Assembly (NCBI GenBank): GCA_965217185.1
Contig: OZ244252.1
Coordinates: 2,944,001 to 3,008,000, forward strand
Direction of reading: 5' to 3'
DNA from: an uncultured Candidatus Entotheonella sp.
Lineage (GTDB): Bacteria; Tectomicrobia; Entotheonellia; Entotheonellales; Entotheonellaceae
DNA length: 64,000 bases
Below, piece after piece: positions 31,711 through 41,557 of this stretch. A program made the translations under genes and the position numbers. Each line of letters begins with the position of its first letter. The stretch's first letter is position 1. The notes below the pieces were generated by a model. That model was not told the DNA's origin. It was given only the letters and a program-made list of their open reading frames with translations, and did not search any database.

Positions 31711-34002
31711 GTGTCGACGCGTAGCTATTCGGCAAGCTTGAGCCAGTCGCAGGGGCGGTCGGGATACTCGATTATCTTTCGGCATCCGGCGAGGCGGGAC
31801 GAGACGACAGGAAAGCTAGGGATCAGGGTCCGGCGGGGTTTGGGCACCCGCGACAAGACGGAGGCCGAGCAACTCCGGGATGAGCTCAACCAAATTCTCG
31901 CGGATCCCAGATACCGCGATCCGGCGGCCCGGCTCGAGGCCGAGCAACGGTTCGATCCTCGCGTCGTTGACATATACTTCCACAAGATGAGTCGAGAGGA
32001 GTTCGACTTCCACGCTCTCCGCGAAAAGACCATTCCGCTCCCACCGCGTGAGCCCGATGGCTACCGACACGTGCTGTTGCTTGGCACGACCGGTGCCGGA
32101 AAGACGACCCTCGTCCGGCAGCTTATCGGCACTGATCCGTCGGAGGAACGCTTCCCTTCAACATCTACCTCCAAGACCACTATCCACGATACCGAGATCA
32201 TCCTAGACGACGGGCCGTGGCGGGCGGTTGTAACTTTTGTTTCGAGTGACGAAGCGAGCGAATACCTGAACGAGTGTATCTCCGCAGCGATTCGCACGAT
32301 TGTCAGGGATGCCGAAGACGCGACTGACGCGACCGTGCTCCGGTGTCTTCTGAACCACGTCAATCAGCGCTTTCGCTTCAGCTATATCCTCGGGACTGGC
32401 CCGAAGACCATGACGAGCATTTCCGACTTCGATGATGAGGATGAGGAGCCCGAGGCGGATGTCGGGCTATTTCCGACCGAAGAGCTCGGCGTGATCGATA
32501 TGACTGCTACCAGTGAACTTCTTGCGCTATCGATCACACGTCTGCGTTCCCTGGCGGACCAACTCAGAGGACGGCTACGCACCGAATTGGACGTGAGCGA
32601 CGAGGAGGGAGATAAACGCGCCCTTGACGAGTTGTTAGAAGAAGAACTCGACGACGTGTTGAGGGAGGATGAGACATTTCACGAGATTGCCGACGCCTTG
32701 ATGGACGAGATCGAGAAGCGCTTCGATCTACTCCCCCCGGGAATCGTAACCAAGACCCGGCAGGGCTGGCCACTCACCTGGAAGGGAGAATGGCCGGTTG
32801 AGAAGCGGAGAGAGTTCATTACGTCGATCTCGCGGTTCTCCAGCAACTATGCACCCCTGTACGGACGCCTCCTCACACCTCTTGTGAATGGGGTTCGCGT
32901 CGCCGGCCCTTTCTCTCCCAAATGGAAAGACGGACAAGCTCCCAAACTCGTGCTATTCGATGGCGAAGGGTTGGGGCACACGCCGAAGTCGTCCTCCTCG
33001 GTGTCCACGGGAGTAAGCCGACTCATTGAGGCGGTAGACGCGGTACTTCTCGTGGACAATGCCACGCAACCAATGCAGGCTGCGCCACTCGCAGCCATGC
33101 GCGAACTTGTTGCGACAGGTAACGGACGGAAGCTAATCCTGGCCTTTACGCACTTCGATGAAGTCAAAGGAGACAACCTTCCAAGCACCGCTGAAAAGGC
33201 TCAACACGTATTGGCTTCGGCGGAGAACGTCCTCGCCGCTTTCGGCGAGGACCTTGGTCCTTATGCGGAGCGCATTCTTCGAAAGCGGCTGGAAGCAGCC
33301 CGCTTTTTTCTTGCAGACTTGCAGGAACCGCTTTCAGAGAATACGGGTGCGGGCCGGCGCACGATTCGTCAACTCCTGAGCCTGCTGGAGGCCATCGATC
33401 AAGTCATCAAGAAGCCGCAGCATACGGAAGCGTGCCCGGTTTACGACCGCATGAATCTCGCCCTTGCCATACGTAGCGCGGCCCGATCCTTCCAAGAGGC
33501 ATGGCGACCCTGGCTTGGTCTCGAGTCAAGGCCGGGTTTCACGAAGGAGTCTTGGCAGCGAGTCAAGGCGCTGAATCGCCGCCTCGCCGCAATGGGGAAG
33601 GATGAGTACGATACTCTACGGCCAGTCGCGGACCTTCGGCGGGAATTGCGGGATCGGATCTACGTATTCATCCAGAACCCGTTGCACTGGGAAGGTGCTG
33701 GGCCTTCGGAGGAGGAGAGGCAGAGCAAGTATGACGCTTTCGCCGACAGTCTAGGCGGGCGCCTACTCGCTCTATCGACCCGTCGCGTGTGGCGGGAGCG
33801 CATCCAGGTCTGGGAGCGTGCTTATCGGGAGTCGGGGCGAGGCTCGACCTTCGTTCGAGCCCGCATCATTGCCAATGACATCTACGAACCAGCCGCACCG
33901 ATCCCGGATGTGACACCCTCACCGGACCGCAACCAATTTCTCCGAGAAGTGGTTGCAGAGGTCGAAGCTGCTGCGGAGGAAGTTGGAGCACGACTTCTGT
34001 AG
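31711..34002 (+). CDS. 763-aa P-loop GTPase (dynamin-like motifs) with an N-terminal integrase-arm-like domain
   Basis: AAGGAGAG RBS plus GTG; G1 GTTGAGKTT, G2 STSKTT, G3 LFDGEGLG, G4-like FTHFD; N-terminal IIFRHP...VRRGLGTRDKTEAE. Confidence 0.75.
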   Translation: MSTRSYSASLSQSQGRSGYSIIFRHPARRDETTGKLGIRVRRGLGTRDKTEAEQLRDELNQILADPRYRDPAARLEAEQRFDPRVVDIYFHKMSREEFDFHALREKTIPLPPREPDGYRHVLLLGTTGAGKTTLVRQLIGTDPSEERFPSTSTSKTTIHDTEIILDDGPWRAVVTFVSSDEASEYLNECISAAIRTIVRDAEDATDATVLRCLLNHVNQRFRFSYILGTGPKTMTSISDFDDEDEEPEADVGLFPTEELGVIDMTATSELLALSITRLRSLADQLRGRLRTELDVSDEEGDKRALDELLEEELDDVLREDETFHEIADALMDEIEKRFDLLPPGIVTKTRQGWPLTWKGEWPVEKRREFITSISRFSSNYAPLYGRLLTPLVNGVRVAGPFSPKWKDGQAPKLVLFDGEGLGHTPKSSSSVSTGVSRLIEAVDAVLLVDNATQPMQAAPLAAMRELVATGNGRKLILAFTHFDEVKGDNLPSTAEKAQHVLASAENVLAAFGEDLGPYAERILRKRLEAARFFLADLQEPLSENTGAGRRTIRQLLSLLEAIDQVIKKPQHTEACPVYDRMNLALAIRSAARSFQEAWRPWLGLESRPGFTKESWQRVKALNRRLAAMGKDEYDTLRPVADLRRELRDRIYVFIQNPLHWEGAGPSEEERQSKYDAFADSLGGRLLALSTRRVWRERIQVWERAYRESGRGSTFVRARIIANDIYEPAAPIPDVTPSPDRNQFLREVVAEVEAAAEEVGARLL

Positions 34003-34140
34003 TCGAGTCGCCGCAGTGGGAAAGAAGCCGACCTGCTTCTGCCAACATCGTGCGCGAAAGTGCGGATATGCTCCAAGCGGGGAGGCAGAAGCTTCCCCGT
34101 CCAATCTGTTGCCGGAAGGTGTGGAGCCGCGCTGGCCGGG

Positions 34141-34398
34141 CCGTCACGCCACCAAGGCGACTTGTCGCTCGTGGACCGGCAACTGGTTCTGAATCCGCTC
34201 ACCGTGACGCTTTACGAGGGCGGCGAAATGGTGCTCGGCTCCCCTGCCTCATCCTTCCTTCCCAACGCCGGCAACGCCCCAGCGGTGGCCGAAGCCTACA
34301 AAGGCCAGGAATTCCACCTCGTGCTGGGCCTGCGAGCCGGCGACGACATCGCGCCCTATCGCTTCACCTTCGTCATCACCGACGTCCGGGTACGCTGA
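34141..34398 (+). pseudogene. Start-less duplicate 3' fragment of the 30607-31341 lipoprotein gene (right repeat copy)
   Basis: Encodes PSRHQG-DLSLVDRQLVLNPLTVTLYEGG...ITDVRVR; lacks an in-frame 33-bp segment present in the left copy. Confidence 0.88.
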
Positions 34399-34428
34399 GA
34401 CCCCTCATCACATCCGGCCCCACGGCGA

Positions 34429-36546
34429 TCAGGCACCCGCCACCTCGACCAGGGTGTCGGAAAACGTCGGAGCGCTGCCATAATCCGCGAAAGCCGGCGG
34501 GTTGATCGCGTTCACCGTATACCCGTTGCGGCTGTCCTTTGCCCAATAGCCCATGGGCGCCACGACGACACCCAGGCGGGCGTCTTCGGTGACCCGCGCC
34601 ACGGCGTGGAAATCGCCGCGGTCGTTAAAGACCCGAACCTCGCCGCCATCGGAGATCCCCCGCTCGCCGGCGTCCGCCGGATTGATCATCACCAGCTGCT
34701 CGCCGGCGTGATACAACTGCGTTCGCAGATTGCCGAATGACGAGTTCAGGAAGGCATGGCTCTTGGGCGAAATCATGTTGAGGGGGTAACGGGCCGCCAG
34801 CGACGGGTTGGTATCGGGCGACTCGTTTTGCGGGATGAAGTTGGGCAATGGATCAAGCGATTCGCCCGACTGGTAGGCCACGTATCCCTGGCGGAACAGG
34901 GGCAACACCATGTTGCCGACTTCGGCCATCGAGGACTTGAATTCGGCCTTCCCGGAAGGGGTCGGGAAATTGCCCTCGCGGTGCGGTACGAAATCGTCGG
35001 GCGAGCCGACCTTGAGGCGCGCATAACCGGTCTGGCGCAAACTGTCGAGGTCGATGCCTTCGAGCACCGGACTGCTCCAATCCAGCGCGCCCTGAGCCAT
35101 TTCCTCGTCCGTGCGTTGCCAGTGAGGGTCGTCGAAGCCCATGGCGCCTGCAAGCCGCCGGAACAGCTCGGTGTTCGGCACCGCTTCGCCGAGCGGTTCG
35201 ATGGCCGGTTCGTTCAGCGTCAGGTACAGATGGCCCCACGAGAACATGAGGTCGAACTGTTCGAGCTGCGTTGTCGCCGGCAGGACGATATCCGCATAGC
35301 GCGCGGTATCGGTGATGAAATGTTCGCTGACCACCGTGAACAGGTCTTCGCGGGCCAGGCCGCGCAGGATTTTGTCCTGTTCCGGCGCCGCCACGGCGGG
35401 ATTGGAGTTGTAGACGCACAGCGAATTGATCTTGTGGTCGAGCTCGCCCAGAAGCGCCGGGCCCAGCCGCCACTGGTTGATCACCGGGGTGCCTTCGGGA
35501 ATCCAATCGGGGCGGCTCAGATCATCCCATTTCATGGGGAACGCCCAGATTGGCATGTGCAGGATGCCGCCGCCGCAATGGCGCCATGAGCCCACCAACG
35601 CGGGCAGGCACGACATGGCGCGGACGGCGTTGCCACCCGACGCGTTGCGCTCGATCGCCACGCCCATCCGAATGACCGATGGCTGCGTGGTGGCAAATTC
35701 CCGCGCCAGGGTTCGAATGTCGGCGGTGGAAATGCCGGTGATGGCGGCAACCTTTTCCGGGGTGAAACCGGAGGCCCGGTCTTTCAGTTCCTCGTAGCCG
35801 ACGGTGTATTTCTCGACGTAATCATGGTCGACCAGATCCTCGGCGATGATGACGTTGATCATGCCGAGCGCCAGCGCGGCATCGGTGCCGGGCTTGATGG
35901 GCAGGTGCCAGTCGGCCTGCTTGGCGGTCCGCGTGGCGACGGGGTCGATGACCACGACCTTGGCGCCGCGGCGCTGCGCCTCGGCGATGAACGGCCAGTG
36001 ATGCAGGTTGTTGCTGATCGTGTTGATCGCCCACAAAATGATGTATCTCGAGTGGACGAAACTCTCCGGATCCACCGCAGCGGTAGGGCCGCAGGTCATG
36101 AAGAATGCGGTGATGGCGGCGGAATCGCAGAAGGTGCGCTCGGCCACCGTGGCGCCGAGCTTGTTGAAGAAGGCGTCCCCCGCGTTCAGCCCGTTCAGGA
36201 TGCCTTCCGTACCGAGGTAGCTGTAAGGCATGATGGCGGCGGGGCCGTCACGGTCGATGATCTCGGTCCAGCGGCTGGAAATTTCCTGCAGCGCCTCGTC
36301 CCAGGTGATTGGATGGAATTCCCCGGCGCCCTTGGCGCCGGTGCGGCGCAACGGAGTCAGCACCCGGTTGTCGCTATAGACCCGATTTTCGTAATCGTTG
36401 ACCTTGACGCAGAGTCCGCCCCGCGTGAACGGATGATCCGGGCTGCCCCGTACGGCAACCGCCTTGCCGTCACGAACGGTGGTCAACATCGCACAGGTGT
36501 CAGGACAATCATGCGGACACGCGCTGAAAACAGTCGTCTCGGCCAT
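34429..36546 (-). CDS. Cytoplasmic molybdopterin oxidoreductase (YoaE/YyaE-like, substrate unknown)
   Basis: CPHDCPDTC...GGLCVK, TDTARYADIVLPA, HAFLNSSF; no Tat signal. Confidence 0.88.
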   Translation of the reverse strand: MAETTVFSACPHDCPDTCAMLTTVRDGKAVAVRGSPDHPFTRGGLCVKVNDYENRVYSDNRVLTPLRRTGAKGAGEFHPITWDEALQEISSRWTEIIDRDGPAAIMPYSYLGTEGILNGLNAGDAFFNKLGATVAERTFCDSAAITAFFMTCGPTAAVDPESFVHSRYIILWAINTISNNLHHWPFIAEAQRRGAKVVVIDPVATRTAKQADWHLPIKPGTDAALALGMINVIIAEDLVDHDYVEKYTVGYEELKDRASGFTPEKVAAITGISTADIRTLAREFATTQPSVIRMGVAIERNASGGNAVRAMSCLPALVGSWRHCGGGILHMPIWAFPMKWDDLSRPDWIPEGTPVINQWRLGPALLGELDHKINSLCVYNSNPAVAAPEQDKILRGLAREDLFTVVSEHFITDTARYADIVLPATTQLEQFDLMFSWGHLYLTLNEPAIEPLGEAVPNTELFRRLAGAMGFDDPHWQRTDEEMAQGALDWSSPVLEGIDLDSLRQTGYARLKVGSPDDFVPHREGNFPTPSGKAEFKSSMAEVGNMVLPLFRQGYVAYQSGESLDPLPNFIPQNESPDTNPSLAARYPLNMISPKSHAFLNSSFGNLRTQLYHAGEQLVMINPADAGERGISDGGEVRVFNDRGDFHAVARVTEDARLGVVVAPMGYWAKDSRNGYTVNAINPPAFADYGSAPTFSDTLVEVAGA

Positions 36547-36630
36547 AACCCAATTTCCCCCTCGCTCCCGTGTCGTAAAGGCCCGCGTGCTTCTTTGCCG
36601 CGGTTTGTCAGGACATCCAGGGCCGCAGCC

Positions 36631-37986
36631 CTACACCTCGAGCAGCGCCGCCGGAATGGCATCGTGCAGAATCGCCACGATGCGATCCACTTGCTCCGCG
36701 CTGGTCACCAGAGGCGGCGCAAGACAGACCACCTCACCCCGCATGCGGGTGAACAGCCCGCGTTGCACCATCTCCTGGTGCATGCGCGGACCCACTTTGG
36801 CGTCAGCCGGGAACGGCGCCTTGCTGGCCTTGTCCGCCACCAACTCGACGGCGGTCATGAGGCCCAGGCCGCGCACCTCGCCGACGCCGTCCAGGTCGTC
36901 CAGCGTGTGCAGCCCTTCGAGCAGGCGATTGCCCATCTCGGCGGCCCGCTGCACCAGCCCTTCTTGTTCGATGATGTCGATGTTGGCCAATGCCACCGCG
37001 CTGCAGGTAGGGTGGCCGGAATAGGTGTAGGCGTGCATCCAGCGCTGCGACGGCGGCACGTCGGCCATCACCTGCTTCACTTTGTCCGCCACGCCGATAC
37101 CGCCGAGCGGCACGTAGCCGCTGGTGATGCCCTTGGCGAACTGCATGATGTCCGGCTCGATGCCCCAGTGCTCCAGGCCGAACCAGGTGCCGGTGCGTCC
37201 GAAGCCGGTGATGACGTCGTCGCTGATCAACAGCACGTCATACGCGTCGCAGATTTCGCGAATGCGCGGGAAGTAATCCTCTTGCGGCACGATGACGCCG
37301 CCGGCGCCCTGAACCGGCTCGGCGATGAACGCCGCCACCGTGTCCGGCCCCTCGCGCAGGATGGCTTCCTCCAGCAGATTGGCCGCCGCCACGCCGGGGC
37401 TGGTGCTGCCGTCGCCGCCTTGGAAGCGATACGGATACGGCGAGTCGATGTGCACGAAATTGGGCACCAGCGGCTCGAACATGCGCCAGTAATCCGGGAT
37501 GCCGGTGGCGCTCATGGCGGCCATCGTGACGCCATGGTAACCCAGGTGGCGCGAAATGATCTTGATCTTGTCCGGTTTGCCCTGGGCCTTCCAGTAAAAC
37601 CGCGCCGTCTTGAACGAGCTCTCGGTCGATTCGGCCCCGCCGCTGGTGAAGAAGAAGGTGTTGATGGAGGGGTAGGTCAGGCCGCTGAGCCGCTCCGCCA
37701 GCTCGATGGCCGGCAGGTTGCTGGCACCGGTGTACGAGGAGCAGTAGGCGAGGGTCTGCATCTGCTGCATCGCCGCCTCGGCCAGTTCCCGCCTGCCGTG
37801 GCCGACGTTGATGTTCCACAACCCGCTGAGGCCGTCGATGAATTCATCGCCGTGAATGTCCCGCATGACGGCGCCGCTGGCTTCGACCCAGATCTTCGGC
37901 TCCTGGTGGTCGGATGGGTGATACAACGGGTGAATGAGGTGGGCCAGGTCAGACTGCGTGCGCTCAACCGCCGTGCGTGATGTCAT
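36631..37986 (-). CDS. Class III PLP aminotransferase (omega-amino acid/polyamine type)
   Basis: IDGLSGLWNINVGHGR, FIAEPVQGAGG, DDVITGFGRTG, FAKGITSGYVPLG, HAYTYSGHP. Confidence 0.94.
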   Translation of the reverse strand: MTSRTAVERTQSDLAHLIHPLYHPSDHQEPKIWVEASGAVMRDIHGDEFIDGLSGLWNINVGHGRRELAEAAMQQMQTLAYCSSYTGASNLPAIELAERLSGLTYPSINTFFFTSGGAESTESSFKTARFYWKAQGKPDKIKIISRHLGYHGVTMAAMSATGIPDYWRMFEPLVPNFVHIDSPYPYRFQGGDGSTSPGVAAANLLEEAILREGPDTVAAFIAEPVQGAGGVIVPQEDYFPRIREICDAYDVLLISDDVITGFGRTGTWFGLEHWGIEPDIMQFAKGITSGYVPLGGIGVADKVKQVMADVPPSQRWMHAYTYSGHPTCSAVALANIDIIEQEGLVQRAAEMGNRLLEGLHTLDDLDGVGEVRGLGLMTAVELVADKASKAPFPADAKVGPRMHQEMVQRGLFTRMRGEVVCLAPPLVTSAEQVDRIVAILHDAIPAALLEV

Positions 37987-38190
37987 CAGTGTGTCCCTCG
38001 CAAAGAAGTAGGAATGCCCCGGCTGAATGGCGTCCGGTTGTACAGAAGCCCCTGGGTCATGTCAAGGCGACTGGACGGGCCTCGCCGTGGCTTGCTTCAG
38101 GCATGCCCCGTCGTTTACAATGCCGGACTTGGTTATCCGTCTGGACAGAAGCGATCTCGTTTGCTCGTCGCGCCGTAGAAAGGAAACCCA

Positions 38191-38820
38191 GTGGGACTGG
38201 AAACGATCTTTGGAAGCGGATTCATCACCTCGCAACTCAACAAAATCATCAACTGGGGGCGCAAGAACTCCTTCTTTCCCCTGCCCTTCGTGACCGCCTG
38301 CTGCGGCATGGAATTCATGGCCACCTGGGGGTCGCACTACGACGTTGCCCGCTTTGGCGCGGAACTGCCGCGGTTTTCGCCCCGGCAATCCGATCTGCTC
38401 ATGGTGGTCGGCACGATCAATCACAAGATCGCCCCGGTGCTCAAGCGAGTCTACGATCAGATGTGCGAGCCGAAGTGGGTGATCGCCTTCGGGGCCTGCG
38501 CGTCTTCGGGAGGGTTTTACCGGAATTACGCCACCGTGCAGGGCATCGACCGCATCATTCCGGTGGATGTGTACATCGCGGGTTGCCCGCCGCGCCCGGA
38601 GGCGGTGCTGGAGGGGCTGATGCTGCTGCAGAAGAAGGTTGAGGGCGAGGACGTTCTCAATCGAGGCGCTCCCATCATGGTAAACGGCCAAGCTTATTCC
38701 GAGGAACGCCTGGTGCACGTCGAGCCGCCGGTGGACCGCCGGGCCGATCACGTCATCGCGTCGCACGAGGGGCCGGGCGTGCATCCCTGGCAAGGCTTCG
38801 AAGAAGCCGAACGCCGTTGA
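38191..38820 (+). CDS. nuoB: NADH-quinone oxidoreductase subunit B homologue (stand-alone)
   Basis: TACCGMEFMA, RFSPRQSDLLMVVGT, YDQMCEPKWVIAFGACASSGG, VDVYIAGCPPRPE. Confidence 0.93.
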   Translation: MGLETIFGSGFITSQLNKIINWGRKNSFFPLPFVTACCGMEFMATWGSHYDVARFGAELPRFSPRQSDLLMVVGTINHKIAPVLKRVYDQMCEPKWVIAFGACASSGGFYRNYATVQGIDRIIPVDVYIAGCPPRPEAVLEGLMLLQKKVEGEDVLNRGAPIMVNGQAYSEERLVHVEPPVDRRADHVIASHEGPGVHPWQGFEEAERR

Positions 38821-38844
38821 TCCATCCACCCGCCGCTGCCGGTC

Positions 38845-39744
38845 TCAGTTGTCCTTTGGCGGCTGGCGCACCTGCATTCCCAAATTATCCTCCAACACCT
38901 GCATCATGCCGCTCAGATCGTTCCCACCGCGGCCGTTGGCGCGCGCCTGACGCATCAGGTTGATACACACACTGCCCATCACCAGCGGCACCGACAGCTC
39001 ATCGCCGAGTTCCAACGCCAGACGCAGATCCTTGTGCGCCAAGTCGATGGTGAAGCCGGGGGAGAAATCCCCGGCGAAAATCTTGTGGGGAAACTGCCGC
39101 ATGGCCCAACTGGCGCCGCTGCTGGATTGAACGATGTCGTGCAGAATCTGCGGGTCAACGCCCGCCTTGACGCCCAGCAGCATGCCCTCGAATGCCGCCA
39201 TGGAGTTGACGAATGCCAGCATGTTGTTGACCACCTTGGCTACGCAGCCGCTGCCGCTGTCGCCGACCCGGAAAACATTGGCGCCGATGTGCTGCAGCAG
39301 GGGCCGGACGGTTTCAAAGGCGTTCGCGTCGCCGCCCACCATGACGGCCAAAGTCGCTTGCTCGGCGCCCACCACACCGCCGCTCACCGGCGCATCCAGC
39401 ATCGTGACGCCCTTAGCCGCCAGGGTGGCGCACAGCCGCTGCGCCACGGTCGGGGAGTTGGTGCTCAGATCGACATAGATCAGACCCGGGCGGGCGGCGT
39501 CCGCAATGCCGTCGGTCCCCAGCGCCACCCGCTCAATTTCCCGCGGTCCCGGCAGCGAGCTGAACACGATGTCGCACGCCAGCGCCACCGCCTTGGGGCT
39601 GCCGGCCTGCTGAGCGCCCAGGCTGACCATGCGCGCCAGGTTCGATGGATGCACGTCGAATACCAACACGTCATGGCCGGCCTCGATCAGGTGACGACAC
39701 ATCGGCGTGCCAATGTTCCCGACCCCGATAAATCCAAGTTGCAT
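38845..39744 (-). CDS. 3-hydroxyisobutyrate dehydrogenase/tartronate semialdehyde reductase family
   Basis: LGFIGVGNIGTPM, LDAPVSGG, AKVVNN, HKDLRLA. Confidence 0.92.
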   Translation of the reverse strand: MQLGFIGVGNIGTPMCRHLIEAGHDVLVFDVHPSNLARMVSLGAQQAGSPKAVALACDIVFSSLPGPREIERVALGTDGIADAARPGLIYVDLSTNSPTVAQRLCATLAAKGVTMLDAPVSGGVVGAEQATLAVMVGGDANAFETVRPLLQHIGANVFRVGDSGSGCVAKVVNNMLAFVNSMAAFEGMLLGVKAGVDPQILHDIVQSSSGASWAMRQFPHKIFAGDFSPGFTIDLAHKDLRLALELGDELSVPLVMGSVCINLMRQARANGRGGNDLSGMMQVLEDNLGMQVRQPPKDN

Positions 39745-39877
39745 CACGATTCCCCTCTCGCAGGTAGGATTTTCCGGCCCATCCGGCGCCGTGCGTTTTG
39801 TGAAGGCGCCCATCGTACACACACGGAAAGGGGCACTCAAGACCACACGGGCCGCTTCCCGACGTGCCCGGAACGGC

Positions 39878-39906
39878 TTGACCCTGCCCCTGCCCCTTGC
39901 TAGAGT
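39878..39906 (+). promoter_or_regulatory. Putative sigma-70 promoter of sspB-pilT
   Basis: TTGACC-N17-TAGAGT with extended -10 TGn. Confidence 0.55.
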
Positions 39907-39960
39907 GAGCCGCGAATTTGGCTGCCAACCTGTCTCCCTCCAATCGAATCAGGAACAATT

Positions 39961-40434
39961 ATGAATTCGGCTCCAGTCAGCAAAGAAGCGGTCGTCCTCA
40001 AGTTGTTGGCAGAGGGAGACACCATGTTGTGCCTCGATGCACGCCACCCCGACGTTTGCATTCCGCCGCACCAAGCCCAGAACCCGGCCCTGCGGCTGAT
40101 CCTCAATCGCGACTTTCCGCGCCCCATCGACGTGACCGAGGAAGGTATCAGCGTCAACCTGTCGTTCGGCGGGCGGCGATTCGATTGCTACGTCGCCATG
40201 GACGCGCTGTGGGCGGCGTTCAATCCGCACACCATGGAAGGGGCCCTGTGGCAGGAAAGTGCCTCGCCCGAGGTGCTGGAAAGTCTCAAGGCTCAGTTGC
40301 AGGTGAAGCAGACCGCCGAGCCAGCTCCTGACGCAGCGCGCAAGCTAGGGCCGAAAGCGGTGCCGCGCGTCAACGACGAGGCGCCAGCCTCCCAAACGCC
40401 TCGCAAACGGGGGCACCTGCGTTTGGTGAAGTAA
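39961..40434 (+). CDS. sspB: ClpXP adaptor SspB-like protein
   Basis: LDARHPDVCIP, LRLILN, VNLSFGG; C-terminal ClpX-binding HLRLVK. Confidence 0.8.
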   Translation: MNSAPVSKEAVVLKLLAEGDTMLCLDARHPDVCIPPHQAQNPALRLILNRDFPRPIDVTEEGISVNLSFGGRRFDCYVAMDALWAAFNPHTMEGALWQESASPEVLESLKAQLQVKQTAEPAPDAARKLGPKAVPRVNDEAPASQTPRKRGHLRLVK

Positions 40435-40468
40435 CCCGGCCGATGCCCGCCGGACGCGGAATCACACC

Positions 40469-41557
40469 ATGGCCAAACTCGACGCCTTCTTCAAGCTCAT
40501 GACGGAGCAGGGGGCGAGTGACCTCCACCTAGCCTCTGGCTCCCCGCCCCTATTGCGAGTCAATGGCGACCTGCAGCGCGTGCGTTACCCCGCCTTAAGC
40601 AACGACGACCTCAAGACCATGCTGTATGAAGTCACCCCGGAGACCATGGTGAAACAGTTTGAGGAAACGGGGGACGCTGATTTTGCCCACGAGGCGCCCG
40701 GCTTGTCGCGTTACCGGGTCAACCTGTTCCTGCAGCAACACGGCGTCGCAGCGGTGTTCCGACAAATTCCCACCACCATTCCCAACCTCGAAGCACTCGG
40801 GCTGCCGCGCATCCTGCTCAAATTACCCCTCTTGCCGCAGGGGCTCGTGCTGGTCACCGGGCCGACCGGCAGCGGCAAATCCACCACCTTGGCAGCGCTG
40901 ATCGATTACGCCAATACGCACCGCAGGGACCACATCCTGACCATCGAGGACCCGGTGGAATTCGTCCACGCTAACAAGAACTGCGTGGTCAATCAGCGCG
41001 AGGTCGGCAGCCATACGCGCACGTTCGCCGCGGCGCTGCGGGCCGTGTTGCGGGAGGATCCGGACATCATCATGGTGGGCGAGATGCGCGACCTGGAAAC
41101 GATTCGTTTCGCCATCGAAGCGGCCTCGACCGGGCATCTGGTGTTTGCCACGCTGCACACCCGGAACGCCGCCGCCACCATCAGCCGCATGGTGGATCTT
41201 TTCCCCGCCTCGCAACAGTCTTTGGTTCGTGCAACCCTGGCCGACTCGCTACAGGCCATCGTGGCACAGGTGCTGTTGAAGCGGCGCGATGCCGCCGGCC
41301 GCTGCGGCGCGCTGGAAATCCTTCTCGCCACCCCGGCGGTGCGCGCCCTCATTCGGGAAGGCAAAACCCATCAGATTCCCACCGTGCTGCAAACCGGCAA
41401 GGCGTACGGCATGCAAGCGCTCGACGACGCGCTGCTGGAACACGTGCAGAGCGGGCGCATTCATGCAGTGGACGCCTATCCGCATGCCACGGACAAGACT
41501 CGCTTCCGAGCCTTCCTAGACAGCACGGACAACCCTGCCGACACAACTCTGATGTAG
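40469..41557 (+). CDS. pilT: Type IV pilus retraction ATPase PilT
   Basis: ASDLHL, LVTGPTGSGKSTTLAA, TIEDPVEF, LREDPDIIMVGEMRD, TLHT. Confidence 0.95.
   Translation: MAKLDAFFKLMTEQGASDLHLASGSPPLLRVNGDLQRVRYPALSNDDLKTMLYEVTPETMVKQFEETGDADFAHEAPGLSRYRVNLFLQQHGVAAVFRQIPTTIPNLEALGLPRILLKLPLLPQGLVLVTGPTGSGKSTTLAALIDYANTHRRDHILTIEDPVEFVHANKNCVVNQREVGSHTRTFAAALRAVLREDPDIIMVGEMRDLETIRFAIEAASTGHLVFATLHTRNAAATISRMVDLFPASQQSLVRATLADSLQAIVAQVLLKRRDAAGRCGALEILLATPAVRALIREGKTHQIPTVLQTGKAYGMQALDDALLEHVQSGRIHAVDAYPHATDKTRFRAFLDSTDNPADTTLM

Larger units (their letters stand above)
31342..34140. mobile_element. Integrase-less genomic islet bounded by direct repeats
   Basis: Flanked by a duplicated gene 3' end; lower GC and many A/T-ending codons; single cargo gene. 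Confidence 0.7.

Noticed and set aside
35824..37980. 718-aa + strand ORF, and similar long shadow ORFs (e.g. 10339-12174, 23581-25485, 60841-62694)
   Set aside because: Antisense shadows of well-supported genes, expected at high GC with strong codon bias; no recognisable motifs
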